From contig NC_043010.1 of the NCBI RefSeq assembly GCF_006345805.1, positions 31,248,001 to 31,312,000 on the forward strand: a stretch of DNA of 64,000 bases, written 5' to 3'. Position 1 is the first letter of the stretch; each line of letters begins with the position of its first letter. The notes below the pieces were generated by a model. That model was given only the letters and a program-made list of their open reading frames with translations, did not search any database and had not been told where the DNA came from. The position numbers and the translations under genes were made by a program. The DNA is from Octopus sinensis (taxonomy: Eukaryota). Shown piece by piece: positions 13,948-28,159 of this stretch.

Positions 13948-14182
13948 ATTTCTTTACTACCCACAAGGAGCTAAACACAGAGGGGACAAACAAGGACAGA
14001 CAAAGGGATTAAGTCGATTACATCGACCCCAGTGCGTAACTGGTACTTAATTTATCGACCCCGAAAGGATGAAAGGCAAAGTCGACCTCGGCGGAATTTG
14101 AACCCGGAACGTAACGACAGACGAAATACGGCTATGCATTTCGCCCGGCGTGCTAACGTTTCTGCCAGTTCGACGCCTTACT
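13948..14182 (-). mobile_element. Young SINE family A copy with 17-bp TSD
   Basis: CpG-intact copy flanked by the direct repeat GTAACTCAATAATATAT at 13931-13947 and 14183-14199. Confidence 0.9.
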
Positions 14183-14567
14183 GTAACTCAATAATATATT
14201 TATCTAAGCCATGCAAGCATGGGAAAACAGACATATAAATGAAGACAGCCTACAGATGGAATGAAGCTCAAAACAGTAAGCTTGCCAAACACTAGCCAAT
14301 CAGCACTAAGCTGTATTTTTCATTTGGGTGTACCTATACACACACACAAACACGTAGCTAGAGAGCATGAGCATCAATCTTGATGAGATATGGACCAGTA
14401 ATCTAGCAGTTCTTGGTTGACCAGATGAGCTGTAACTATCAGATAGAATCTAAAAAAGTTACTTGTTAGCAATTTATTATAAATACTTATTCTAATTGTC
14501 AATATTGAAAGATGAAAGAGGAAAAAAAAATTGGCTTGGGTATAGACTGAACTCAATCCCATAAAGC

Positions 14568-14866
14568 AATGCTTCTCAAACTATCCGATGTGGAGTACTG
14601 GCAGATTTTTTTTCCAATGTACCAGGGACCAGTAATATTTCTTAGTAATATTAATTTATACCAGAATCAATATATCTATAATGAATATAATAAAAGTTGA
14701 CAAATTTTTAAATCTTATATTTATCTTATAAACAAATAATACAATATTACATAAGCATTTTATAAGCATTTTATAATGTTTCTTTCTTTTCTGGAAACTC
14801 ACCGCATACCGGCAGCTGATGGCTCGCGGACCAGCACTGGTCTGCGGACTACCACTTTGAGTGCCA
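14568..14866. mobile_element. hAT/Charlie-like MITE (degenerate)
   Basis: Left end CAATGCTTCTCAAACT and right end GCGGACCAGCACTGGTCTGCGGACTACCACTTTGAG resemble CAGTGGTTCTCAAA...TTTGAGAACCACTG-type ends. Confidence 0.55.
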
Positions 14867-16415
14867 TAAAGCACAGAACTAGACGATGTGAAGTATTCAG
14901 TCCAACTCTCTTCCCATTCTACACAATGTGATGGCCCTGTTCGATGAATTCTGGATATTCATGTTTATTAACAGTGTGGCCTAGTGGCTAGGGTGCTGGG
15001 ATTCACAATTGAAAGATCATATTCTTGATGCCTGAACTAGGTAGTGTGTTGTTTTCATGAGCGAAACACTTCATTTCACTGCTCCATTCCACACAGCTGT
15101 AAATGAGTAAGTCTATGATGAACTGGTGTCCTGCTCAGGGAGTATCTTGTGATCTCAGCCACTTTTATGTCATTGAAAACTAGGTAACCAACTCTCTGAG
15201 TCCAAGGACTTGAGACTGCAATTACTTACATCCCTATTAGGTTTACTTGATAATTTCCTCCAAAAAGGTTATCAAATATTTCAAATATAAGATAAATATA
15301 GTATTGGGAGTGGCCTTAACTGCAATGGCTAAAACAAAGAAATAACCTACAATTAATTATGTTTTTTCATGCAGAAAGCACCCTTTGGAAAATTACCAGT
15401 CATTATAGAACTACAGTAGCCATAGCACCATGTTGTACTCTACAATTTATTGAACCACTGACTGCTGAATTGATAGAGTCATTAGAGTGTTCTGTGAATG
15501 CCCCATGGTATTTGGTCCAGCTTTCTGCACTGTGGGTTCAAATTCTAATGAGGTCACCTTCACCATTTATTGGATGCTTACAGTGTTTGTTCCAGCCTTT
15601 TGCATTCTGATTTCAAATCTCACCATGGTCTACTTGGGTGACATATTTAATCTGTCACCTGATTTTATCCAACCACCTGGTACTTTGGGCCCCTTTAGCA
15701 GAGTCTACTCTGATGCAAGCATCTATGTTAGGATACCTTCCTCCTCCTCTTTCCTTCCCACCTGTCTTGGAGGCTCTGCAAAGGGTTACAAGCACTGCCT
15801 TACTCTCTGACTAATCAATTAAAAAACCAAATTTTCCCTTATGCTATCATTAGTGCTGCAGTTGCTGTATATTTCAAGAGTTAATCAAGAGATCAACAAA
15901 ATCCAACAGAGACATTTACATCATCACCACTTAATCTGCTATTATAACAGCCAAATCTTCCAATTAAAAAAGATATCCATTTTAGATACTGCAATAACAT
16001 AAAAAGCGTGATATGCCGGATTCAAAAATTAGAACAAAAAAATTAGTAGTAGAGAGCCAACCTTGTTTGTATAATTAACCCTTCTGATAGTCATCTGTTT
16101 GACCCATTTACTAATCCACTTGAAACTACCTGTTTCAAAGTATTCATATTTTAATTAAAATATTTACTGAATTCTCATTACACAGATTGTGTAAACTAAA
16201 TTTCAACTGGAAAAAAATCCATCACAAGATTACTGTTAGGGTTAGCATAAGAAAGAAAAGGTAGTGAAACAAACATCAGCTAAATATTGGATAAGTCTGT
16301 ATGCTGTAGTGAGATGAAAATCCTGCCAGTTCACCTTGGCTTTATTTGATGCATCCAGAGTTTTGTCTTCTCATGTCATACAAATTCATATTTGCAAACT
16401 TAGTAAATAGGTTCA

Positions 16416-16798
16416 TGTGTGGCTGTGTGGTAAGAAAATAGCTTCTCAAATACATGGTTTTGACTTCAGTCCTAATGCATGGCACCTTGGGCAAGTGTCT
16501 TCCATTACAACTTTGGGCTGACCAATGCCTTATGAGTGAATCTGATAGACAGAAACTGAAAGAAATCTACCTTCTATATGTGTGTGTGTCTGTTTTTGTT
16601 TGTCCCCCACCACCACTTGACAACTGGTATTGGTTTGTTTATGTCCCCACAACTTAGTGGTTCAGCAAAAGAAACCAATAGAAAAAGTGCCAGGCTTTAA
16701 AAATAAGTACTGGGGTCAATTTATTCAACTAAAATTCTTCTTGGTGATGCCCCCGCATGACCACAGTCCAATGACTGAAACAAATAACAAATAAAAAA
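16416..16798 (+). mobile_element. Composite SINE (family B+D)
   Basis: Head GTGGCTGTGTGGTAAG, CACCTTGGGCAAGTGTCTT, GAAACTGAAAGAA, (TG)n, then the second domain and an A-rich tail. Confidence 0.8.
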
Positions 16799-17081
16799 TG
16801 GATGTCCTTCTTAATACTTTAAAGAGTATACTGGGTACATGTTTCTATGGCATCAGTATCATAGAGGTTGTTATGTCTTAAACAAGACTAGAGAACCCTC
16901 ACAATCTAACACTTTACAGAGTGTACTGGATACATTCTATCATAGCACCAGCACTAAGGTCGTCATGCACTTTACAAGACCAAAGGGTCCTCTTGACCAT
17001 ACATTATTTCCATCTGTTTGCCCATCATAGTGCACTAATTGCATTCATCTCAATTCTTGGTTATCTGGAAAATTAAATTAA

Positions 17082-17299
17082 CCCTTTAGCATTTAGTCTG
17101 GCTATATCCAGCCCAAATATTCTACATGTTTTATGTTAAAACTGACCAGGTACAACATCTTGCACCAACCCTACAATGTCATTCTAAAAATATACCAACA
17201 GACCATTGAAATCTTGAAGCTACAAGTTAATGCATGATTAATTAAAAAAAATGAATAAATAAGCAATAAATTTGACAAAGAAATCTGAATGCTAAAGGG
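17082..17299. mobile_element. piggyBac-like MITE
   Basis: TIRs CCCTTTAGCATT / AATGCTAAAGGG with TTAA at 17078-17081 and 17300-17303. Confidence 0.8.
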
Positions 17300-17699
17300 T
17301 TAAACTGCAAATAAATTCAAATATTCTTGTTAGAAATGTCATCAGAAAAAGGTTGCTAAGTTCTTCAACTAGTTATGATTGAAAGATTAAACCCATTATA
17401 TAATTTTTTTATGCTAAGTTGGATTAGTCAGAGGAGGAAGGAACATCATTTATACTCCAGGGTCACTAAGACAGGTGAGTGGAGGCAATGGGCTCTGCTA
17501 AAAACATCCGATGCTTCAAAAGGCAGCCACAAATTAATTTTTTTCGTCAACCAAATTTTATTCACAAGGCTCAGTCAAACCTGAGATTATGATAAAAGAC
17601 ACTTGCCCAAGGTGCTGCACAGTGGGATGGAACCAGGAATCACATAGCTGCAGAACAAACTTCACCACACAGCCAAGCCAGCTCCCACAATAAGTTGAG

Positions 17700-18470
17700 A
17701 ACTTCAACTCAGAGGAATCAAAGGTGGTCTATGAAAATAGAATCCTGAAACATACCTAGATATGTCACTCCATCCATCTACTTCTATTGCCCACTATTCC
17801 TGGGAGGGCTGTTGGGGTAGAGTCCTCAGGTACTTCCTCCATTGGATCTTATCAGAAGCAAACATCATTATACTTATCTGTTGGATTCTCAAGCATGATC
17901 AACTGAGACAATAGCTATTATCCAACCACCTTGCTCTATCCCTAGGTCTCCTGCTGGTTGACTTGACTGGAAGAATTTGCCTTGCAATCCTTTCCTATGA
18001 CATTCTAACCAAATAGCTATGACCTTTCAATGCAGAGAAGTAGTGGCATGACCTGGAAACTTCCTGAACTCTGAGCTGTGCACTCCAGAAATTCTTCAGA
18101 GGAACTCCATTTCAGCTGCTTGTTTTCACAATTCTACACTTTCAGTCATTACCCAAAATGCATGACCATAGCTGAAGATAGGCATGAAAATCAAACTGAA
18201 GATAGCAAGTTGGGCATTTTTACAAACCTCTCCTATTTTGAAGATTGAATGCTGAATCTGGCATGCCACTACACTAGCATCTGCAATTCTAGCATTCAAT
18301 TCATTCTCCTACCTCCCATAACCCAAGATACTTCTCCACTTGCCACAGTGATGTTCCCTGAACATGCAGAATGCACTAAGACTAAAATCACGATCAAATC
18401 TGTCATGTTCAGTTTTCTTGGAATTATCATCAAAGGTTCATTTGAAATGTCCCATACCAAATCTGTTTAA
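17700..18470 (-). mobile_element. RTE-clade (Expander/Rex3-like) LINE 3' remnant
   Basis: Minus-strand KYLG, FMPIFSYGHAFWVMTE, QAAEMEFL-RISG, PLLLCIERS and RPRDRARWLD are RTE RT C-terminal motifs, with many stops. Confidence 0.7.
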
Positions 18471-19659
18471 TGAAATCCAACATTGACTATACAGTGACTA
18501 CACCCAAACAGTCATAGAGTAAAATGTAATTTTGACATTAAAAACCTGATTTGATTTATGGGACAAAAAATTTTTAGTTTTTTTTTTTAGACTGTCTACT
18601 ACCACCACTACCACCACCATCATCATGTACTGCAAGGGAACCTAGTCTACTCTATCCATCCTCACCATTCACTACCTGATGGTAGGTACCTGTTGTTTGT
18701 TTCTCTTAGTAATGTCCAGAGGGCTTGTAGTTGCACATAAACAAGTATATATACGAGCAATTATTTGCTCATAAGTGGTGACTACAAATCCTCTAAACAG
18801 AATACATTAGCCTACATTTCCTCTAGACACTTAACTGTCAAAAATAGATACCAAATCATTAAAGAAAGATTTATTTCTCATTAATTTAATTTTGTGAAAC
18901 TAGAGCTAAACAATGGCCTTTACGATCGTTTTAGGGTCACGGAAGTATCTACATTGTTTTTAGATGTGTATGCAACTGCAAATAGCTTCATTAACATTTT
19001 TTTTTGTCAGGCCTTAATAAGAGGAGGAAAGAGAAGAAAAGAGCCTTCAAAACTGGTTGGAAATAAGAAAGAAGTTATCTTCATATCAAAGACATGTTCT
19101 GGATGTTTGTGACATGGGCCATGTGCAGGCATTAAACTGGGTGACAGATTAGGTGTGCCACCCAATATTCCCTATACTTCACTTTTACTTACAACATTTC
19201 AATTGATCATACAATAACTACAACAATCATCTAGACATAGATGTGATTGCAAATGAACTCCTTAACCATGCGGCTCTATATGAAGTAGTTATCATTTGTT
19301 GATTTGTTGGGGTAGATGTTGGAAATAAATGTCATATATATATATAGTGGTAGTAATGTTGGTGGACCTGCATCATATGACAATGAGGATTCAGTCATTC
19401 AATAAACTGAATTACCTACTTCTGAAATAGCATGTAAACAGCTGAGCAATCTATAAACACATACATTCTTACTGGCTGTACTTTTTGAATTACAGGTACA
19501 ATCCACAAGAAGCTCCCACACAGTTTTTGTTTGTGCAATTTCACTTACAAGATAGGCTATAGAAAATAACCTTTGCAAAAGATGCTATGCAGTGAGATTG
19601 AACCAAGAACATCATGGTTGTAAAGCAAACTTTTTAGCTTGTTAGCCATACTGTACATA

Positions 19660-19694
<35 letters not shown>

Positions 19695-21711
19695 CATAAT
19701 CATCATTTAATGTCTACTTTTCTAAGTTTGAATGGGTGAGACAGAATTTGCTGAAACAGATTTTCTATGGCCAGATGCCCATCCTGTTCCCAAGCAAGGT
19801 AATATTCCCCATGGCTAGGCATGTTTTTCACCAAGACTAGAAATGAACAACATCTCTAGTATGACAGTGATACTCGTTTATAATCATCACATGATGTCAA
19901 GACAAGGGCACACACACACACACACACACAGAAGACTCTTTCAGTTTCCATCTAACAAATCCACTTGCAAAGGCTTTGGTCAGCCTGGGACTATAGTAGA
20001 AGACACTTGCTCAAGTTACCGCACAAAGGGTCTGAAACCAAGACTAATGGTTGGGAGGTGAGCTTCTTAACTACACAACCATGTCTGATTATATATATAT
20101 ATATATATATATACACTCACACACACACAAACATATAATTCTTTTTTGGAACAATGCATCTTAAAGCAGACGAAGCTATCAAAGGATTTTTTAACCGAAG
20201 ATGTGCATCCTATTATTTAAAGCTTTATCTGCTCCAAGATTCACCGTTCCAAAAAGAATTATTTCATGTTCTCTGAAAGCTTATAAATTCCTATAATAAT
20301 GACAATACACACACACACGCATGTGTGCTTGTGTGTACTTATGTGTTTGGGGTAAGTACAGAATCCTTTTTAAGACCTCAACTGCTTTGCAAACAAGACT
20401 CATTCATTAATAGTTGCAGTATCTTTTAGCAGCTTCAACCATTTTGCAATTTTGCAGCGCACATCAATTTAGAATCATGTTCACTGTTTTATCAGCTACA
20501 TTTCTAAATACATAATTATTACCACAAATTTAATTAACATTATCATGAAAAAAATTTTCATCTTTGAGTGAGATTTAGATTTCAAGAAAGCAAGTCCCTA
20601 GTGGAATAAACTACAGGACTGCCTGATTAGAGCTGATATGGAGCTACAAACCAACATCTATTTTGAAATAAAACTGATATACAACATACCTAGACTGACC
20701 TGGTTCTAAGTTTGGGTAGACAGTTTATAGAGTTGGCAACAATAAAAAATTCATTGAGCATAGAGAGAGGCACTGAGCTGTAAAATTATAGCCAAAATAT
20801 TAACAGATATCTAACATTTATTTAGATCATTTTCATCATAGTACACAGTTAACCTAATGGAAGGAAGCCAGTGGTAATTGCAGTGGCATTCTGAAAAAAA
20901 AAATTCTAGAGTTTTATGAAAACTAGATTACATAGAAAAAAACTGCAATATTCAGTGAGTATGAGTTTCATCATCATCATTTAACATCTGTTTTCCATGC
21001 TGACAGGGTTGGAGAGTTTGGCAGGATCCAGTGAGCCCCAGGGCCATGCTGAACTCCAATATTAACTTTGGTATGGTTTTTATAGCTGGATGTCTTTCCT
21101 AAAGGCAACCACTTTACACTATGTACTGCTTTTTAAAAAATTTGCTTCTTTTTTTACATGCCACAGGTACTAATGATGTCACCAAATAATTTGAAAGCTG
21201 AGAAAAGAATAGGACAAAGGCAAGTGGAAAAAGCTCCCTTAACTAAGTGGGCAGAGAGTATTTGAGATGGGGGAAGTGTTTTAGTGTCAGATGTCGCCAG
21301 GTTAAAAATATAACAATGGGATAAGCATTCTTCATGTGTCTTTAACCAATGTTTTGTCTAAAATAATGTTTTTTTTATTTTTCAGATTGTCTAATTAGGA
21401 AAATTTGGCTTTCCAATCATGTGGTTTTGAGATCAGTCCTACTGTGCAGCACCATGGGGTAAGTGTCTTCAACTACAGCCCCAGACTGACCAAAACTTTC
21501 TAAAAGGATTTGGCAGATGGAAACTGAAAGAAGCCTGGTATGTATGTACACACACATACACGCACACACACACACACAATGACATAAATATTTTGAAGAA
21601 GATCTTTAAGAAATGCAGGTGAGAAGTTAGGTAAAACATATAGAGAGACAAGATATTGTATCACCCTATGTTGGTTGTTTATTTCTTCCATAATATTTCA
21701 GGAAAGCTCTG

Positions 21712-21842
21712 CTTTATCAAATATAAGATAGAAAATAATCCAAGAGATCAGATGCCGATAATAATACCTTTTTACTGGTGCTGATACTAACATCTTTTTT
21801 TTCTGATCTCTTGGATTATTTTCTATCTTATATTTGATAAAG
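21712..21842. repeat. Perfect 41-bp inverted repeat with 49-nt spacer
   Basis: 21712-21752 is the exact reverse complement of 21802-21842. Confidence 0.95.
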
Positions 21843-21911
21843 GGTAATTTCCCCAAAATATAACAGAAGCAGTAAACAACCTATTCTGGGTGATACAATA
21901 TCTTGCCTTTG

Positions 21912-22130
21912 AAGGTGGTGAGCTGGCAGAAACTTTAGCACACTGGGCAAAATGCTTAGCAGTATTTTGTCTGTCTTTACATTCTGAGTTCAAATTCCGC
22001 TGCAGTTGACTTCACTTTTCATCCCTTCGGGGTCGATAAATTAAGTACCAAGTGTTTACTGGGGTCAATCTAATTGACTGGACCCCCTCCCGCAAAATTT
22101 CAGGCCTTGTGCCTAGAGTAGAAAAGAATA
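21912..22130 (+). mobile_element. SINE family A, CpG-decayed copy
   Basis: Full-length match to 49705-49920; most differences are CpG to TpG/CpA. Confidence 0.9.
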
Positions 22131-22568
22131 TCTTGTCCTTGTCTTTATTGGTATCACCTTACATATTTCGTCTACCTTCTCAATTGCTTAAAGGTCTTTT
22201 TAAAAATATTTATATCATTTACACATTGCAATGCTTCAAGTAAATTACAGTAATCCATGCATACATGCTTGCAAACACACACATACATACTCAAACTCAA
22301 ACAAAAACTGTCTGCATGGATCACATGGATATTAAAACTTTGTGTTTTATTGTTGTACTCTTCATGTGTCCTCAGCTTGCATAATTCTGCAGATATTTAT
22401 AGATATTCTTGTGTAGGGGTTGGGATACAGAAGAAGATACTCGCCCAAGGTGTCAGGCAGAGGGACTGAACCTAGAATCATAAGGTTGGGAAGCAAGCAC
22501 CTTAGCCACACTGCTATGCCTGTGTAACTACATCTGCATTTGAACAATTGCTGATTGAATCCACTAGC

Positions 22569-22710
22569 ATAGCTAGAGTGTGTGCCACCTGGGACAGCCC
22601 TTCAGTATGCCACTCCTGGGCCCCCACAAAAAGTACATATTGCTTACTGCAGACCCAAAAGTGGCACCTGCCTGGGGTGGACCACCCTCTATGTGTCTCC
22701 TCTAGCTACA
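22569..22710. mobile_element. Small hAT-like MITE
   Basis: Ends ATAGCTAGAG / CTCTAGCTAC are inverted matches around a GC-richer, CpG-depleted body. Confidence 0.4.
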
Positions 22711-25700
22711 TTAGTGATTGAATCTAAGTTGAACAAAACCTTTAATCAGCTTTTTAAGTACAACTCTAAGTACATTGCATATCCAAGAGACCCCCTTTAA
22801 TTATTAGGTAAAGCATTCATCATTACCACTTGAATGGTTTTTTGACGATTGACAAGTCCCTTAACCTCTTGGGAGTTGTTGGGGCACTGCAGCCATGCAG
22901 CATATCTAGGATAAGAAAACCTGGCAGAGCTCATCTCTCTTAAGGCTAAACTCATTTCTACAGCTTTCCATGCTGGCATGGGTTGACTGAAATTGGTAAG
23001 CTGAAGAGCTGCACCCGGTTCCAATCTGATTTGGTGTGGCTTCTATGGCTGGATGCCCTTCCTAGATGTATTACACTCCAAGAGTGTAATAGGTGCTTCT
23101 TACATGCCACCGGCATGGGTACCAGTTATGTGACACTGGCATTGGCCACAACTGCACTTTCACTTAGCTTGACGAGTCTTCTCAAGCATGGCAAATCGCC
23201 ACACAATAGGCTTCTTTAAGTTTCCATCTAGCAAATCCACCCACACAGCTTTGGTCAGCTGGAGCTACAGTACAAGACATTTTCAAGTTGCAACTCAGTA
23301 GGACTGAACCCAAAACAATGTGGTTTGGAAGCAAACTTACCACACAGTAATGCCTGCACCTGAATATATATATATATATAAACAATAAGAGTCTGATGAA
23401 CTGATGAAGGGTTAACGGAAAATGTTGAACAGATGAATAGATTTGTGCAATGTGAAAAAAGCTGAATTCTGGTGATTTGGACAAAATCATTCTTCAGATA
23501 AGAAGTATCTCCAAAGACTCTGAAGGTGTTTCACTGCTTTCATTCCAGAACAGGTGACCATAGAAGAACCCCTACAGAGGGAAACGAACTAATCATCCTC
23601 TTCACAAGAGCATTAGTAATGTAAGTGCCACAGCAGAGATTGAAACTGGTTCATGGAATAGCAATGTAAACAGTTCAGAAGATATCTTAGTTTGTTTCCA
23701 TTACTCTCTCTTTCTTTCTTTCTCTTTATTCCTACAGGGTTATGAAGAAACATGATGAGGAATAAATAAGTGAATAAAATATATTATGCTCTAATGAAAG
23801 CATGGTATGGGCAAATAAGGTGGAAGGGAAGCTTATTTTAAGATATCTTCAAAAATACAAAAATATTTTTTTTCTTTCATAGACATTACAGTTCACACAA
23901 CTCACTGATGTCTGCTGGTTGTGCTAAGCAACACATCTATCAATGAATATACAGACACACAGAGAAATACATTCAGCAGGGATTTGATTAAATATATGTC
24001 CAGATACTTTGTATATGCACGCACGCGCGCACACGAACACACACAAATATATAGTTTCTATTTCTAATTTTTCTTTCTGTAATTACCCAAAATTCAAGAT
24101 ATGAACAGGCAGATATTTCAAATTGAGGTCTGATCCTCAGCAGACATATATAGGTAATATAGGTTAGTTTGACATGGTATTCTTTAACTTGGTATTACAG
24201 TTGCGTCGATGATAGGGACGACATGTGTGGACTGCCTGTGGATGCCCGGGGGGGGGGAGAAGGGCAGTTTTTCAAAGTGAAGCCACGCTACAGCAGATCA
24301 GATATCGCTATCAAGTATACAGTGGAGAAAGACAGGTCGGAAGAGTGGATGGGAGGAAGGGTGGGGGAATAAAGATGCAAAATGCAGAATATGTTGGTGG
24401 TGGAGAAGATAAGTTTATAGAAGGCATGGTGGGGATTATAAGGAGGAGGAGGGGAGAGATTCTATGGAGCAGATGCTGTAATAATAACCATAAAAGAAAG
24501 ACAAAGGGTGGTAAGTAGATAGAGCCGCGGGTGGGATGGAGGTAGAGAGAGCGATCTCGAAAGACTTGGATGTCATGAGGCAGATGGCTTTCCTTTGGGA
24601 TAGGAGAAGTGAGAATAAACAGCAATGACCCTAAGTGGCTGTATTACTATTCCATATATGGCAGCAGTTAATTAATATGTATCTTGGAAAAGGCTTAAGA
24701 GCGTACTACTTTCTCAGTACTGTTGTTGTTTAACCCCAGATCAGGTCAAATTTAGCAGACCAATGATCAAAGGCGTTCCAATCGTGCCTCTCCTGTATTT
24801 CACCATGACATTAGATAAACTAGATGCCCTGTTATCCTGTAATTAAGAGCAGTAGGATGTGATCTGAATGAAGTTTAGCTGCTATTTCTAGCTGTCGAGT
24901 AATCACGTATAGTTTCCTTCATTATCTCCGACGAGGAAACACCATACTACTTTGACATAATTTTTGAACACAGAATATTTCCACAGAAAATGATGAAGAA
25001 ATTTTAACATTTCATCTCACATGCGCGCACCACCACACACACACACACAACCAAGTACCAGATCGTAAATGTATGACGAGAGAATAATACATAATATATA
25101 CTTTGAAAAAATATTTAATCAAAATAAACTATACAACAATGTGTTTGTGTTTAAAAGCAAATAATGACTGCAATAATGCAACTTCACTGCAATGTCTTAG
25201 CCTTCCAAGACACACCAACACACAGCCACACACCTGTATATATCAAATGTACGTACACATGTATTTTAATACATACAACAATCACAAATTGATATTTAAT
25301 ACTATTACACGCGCGAAATAAAGTTCCTCTCCCCTTGATATTCGGCAAACATATAAATATATATATAATCATACACATACATATATACACACAAATGTAT
25401 ATAGCTACACAAACATCTACGCATGTATATACATGCATAGATGCATATACACACACATGGATATACATGCATATACATACTAGGTTAAGTGTTTTATTTT
25501 TGCTATAGTTTTTGCACCACCCTGTTTATTAAAAGATTAAATTTTACGACATTTACGAGAATGGAATAAGATGTTATATACCAAAATAGAGATGGGGAAG
25601 AGGCGACGAAGTGGTAGCTGTGTATTTTACTTGTGTAGAGACTGATTCATACAAGAGACAGGATGAACGACAAATGAATACAAAAGTAAGGATATGTAAA

Positions 25701-26574
25701 TAATAATAATATATTTTTTAATATATTGGCAAGACAAATAAATAGATAGGGGTGAAGAAGAGATATGATCAGATTGTTAATGGTTATGATAATTATAATC
25801 GTATATATATATCGGAACAGATTATAATGTACAAAACCTACTAGCAGCAAATCCCATTAAGAAAAAAGAGGTGTTGGAAGAGATGAGTTTTGCTACCGAT
25901 TGTCATTAAAATGCCAAGATCGAAGGGTTTCCCTCTCTCCCTCTCGTACACGGAATACACACACACACATATATATAAACGCACACACACATAATTTTTT
26001 ACACAAATACACACACAAACACATAATTTTTACACAAATACACACACACACAAACACATACAGGCATATATACTTGCACACAACCATACACATATATAGT
26101 ATAGAACTCTACAGGCATTTTGTCTCTACAGGGGGGGGGGATCATCCATTAGTGGTCAAATCTCGAGGAGACGATGGAATGTATTGGAAATAATAATAAT
26201 AATAATAATAGCAGCAAAATAACAAGAGAAAAAATATACATATAATCGTAATTGCTAATAGTAATAATAAATAATAAAACTACAATAAACAAACAATGAA
26301 GCATAGTAAATCACCGTAAGAGGAAAAAAAAATAATAAAAACAGAACCTCCAGGAACGAGCTTGCATTCTCTTTCACCCATGTGGTAGGAAGAAGAGAGA
26401 TAGAAAGAAAATATACCGCTCTATATATATAATAATAGTAATAGATAGTTTCTTATGCTAAGGTACAATGCCACAGACTAATAAAGAGAAGAGGAACCAT
26501 GAGAATGTGTAACGTTTATGCCTTTCTGAAGAACAATTTAATAGTAATAACCGTACGTGTGTTTTTATATATAT

Positions 26575-26621
<47 letters not shown>

Positions 26622-28119
26622 CGATAGAGCAGTTTTAGTCACGTAATAATAATTATTATGAATGGTCGAATCTGATATGCAATTTTGATTCCTACCCAAA
26701 ATAATTTCACGTTAGTTATATTGGGAAAACAGTGTAATTCTTACTTTTCCCGTCTCTTGCACTATATATATATATACATATACGTCTTTTGTCTATTTTC
26801 ATAAAGCTTCCCGTTGTATATATATATATAATCTTCGTGTCTAATCCGAATAAATAAACGATAGTGAAAAAATTAAGGATTTTCTTTTGACATAACTCTG
26901 ACATTCGCCGATTTTTATCTACTTTAGAGGCGTATATCCATTAAGAAAAAACCGATACATTGTAAATGCAAGAATTATAAAATAGTGTTGAAAAGAGGAA
27001 AATGAACAAGACTAAAAAAGCATGAACACCATTTACATAGAAAATAATAAAGATAAAGAATGATGATTATTTCTGAAATTGGCACAAGATCAAGAAATTT
27101 ATGGGGGAAGGGATACAGTCAATCAAATCGACCTCAGTACTTGACTGGTAGGAATTTAGTCTAACGTTCCACCGTTTCCGCCTCTCCCAAAATAATTATT
27201 TGTAATTAAAAAATAAAGTACTTAAAAAAATAATAAACCAGAAATAACGGTAACGAACAAGAAAAAAAAGGAAAATGACAAAGAAAAACAACTAGAAGAC
27301 TATGTATTTCTTTCAGCTGAAAGCACAATGCCAATATTTGCAAGACAGTTGAATTCATCATTATATATTATTAGTGGTAAGTGTTGATTGATCGACCAGT
27401 CGGATGAAAGACGAATTCGACCCTGAAGCAGTCAATGGTTTCTTTATTTGTCATTAAGGCAAAGCATGTTACTAGAAATAAACGAGTGTGTCTGTATCTA
27501 TCTATCTATCTATCTTATAATATATATATTGAGGCGTTAAATTGTTTTACATTGGCACGAGACTACAAATTTGAGAATGAAGTACAAAATCGACTATAGT
27601 ACACAACTGGTATTTATTTCATCGGTCCTCGAAGAATAAAAACCAAAGTTGACTCTAATAGGATTTGAACTCAGAAGTAATATAATTATTCTAATCCTTT
27701 TCTTACTAGGTGAAAGGTCTTAAGCTTCCGGAATTGGGGGACTTTGGTTTGAAAATTCGTGCTTTTACCATATATTAAGGGTAAAAATCAGAAAAACAAT
27801 AGCCTATCTTTTACAAGGGCCACAGAGCTTTAGGTTATGCGAAGTGGGGAGCTTGGGGAGAAGAAACTTTCATATCTTTCTCAAAGTCATTGGCGACGAA
27901 AATGGAATGGCTTTGTGGGGAATTGAAACTGAGTCGCAATAAAAATACAGAGATGTTAAACATTCTTAAGAATAGCTTTGTAAAGTAAGGTTTGCATTAG
28001 CCATTTAATTAGATTTAACAGTGCTGTGTGTACACACACACGCATATAATATACATACATATATATATATATATAACGATAACAGAAGCGGCTTAGATTT
28101 TTTTTAAATAAAGACCGGC

Positions 28120-28159
<40 letters not shown>

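Noticed and set aside
23401-23421. CTGATGAAGGGTTAACGGAAA
   Set aside because: Stem II does not pair and stems I and III are absent.
24169-24625. GA-rich ORFs with PPxY and a PDZ-like STQL* end; plus-strand GTAAGT donor near 24510
   Set aside because: In-frame stops break every acceptor-to-donor frame tried, and low complexity explains the motifs.
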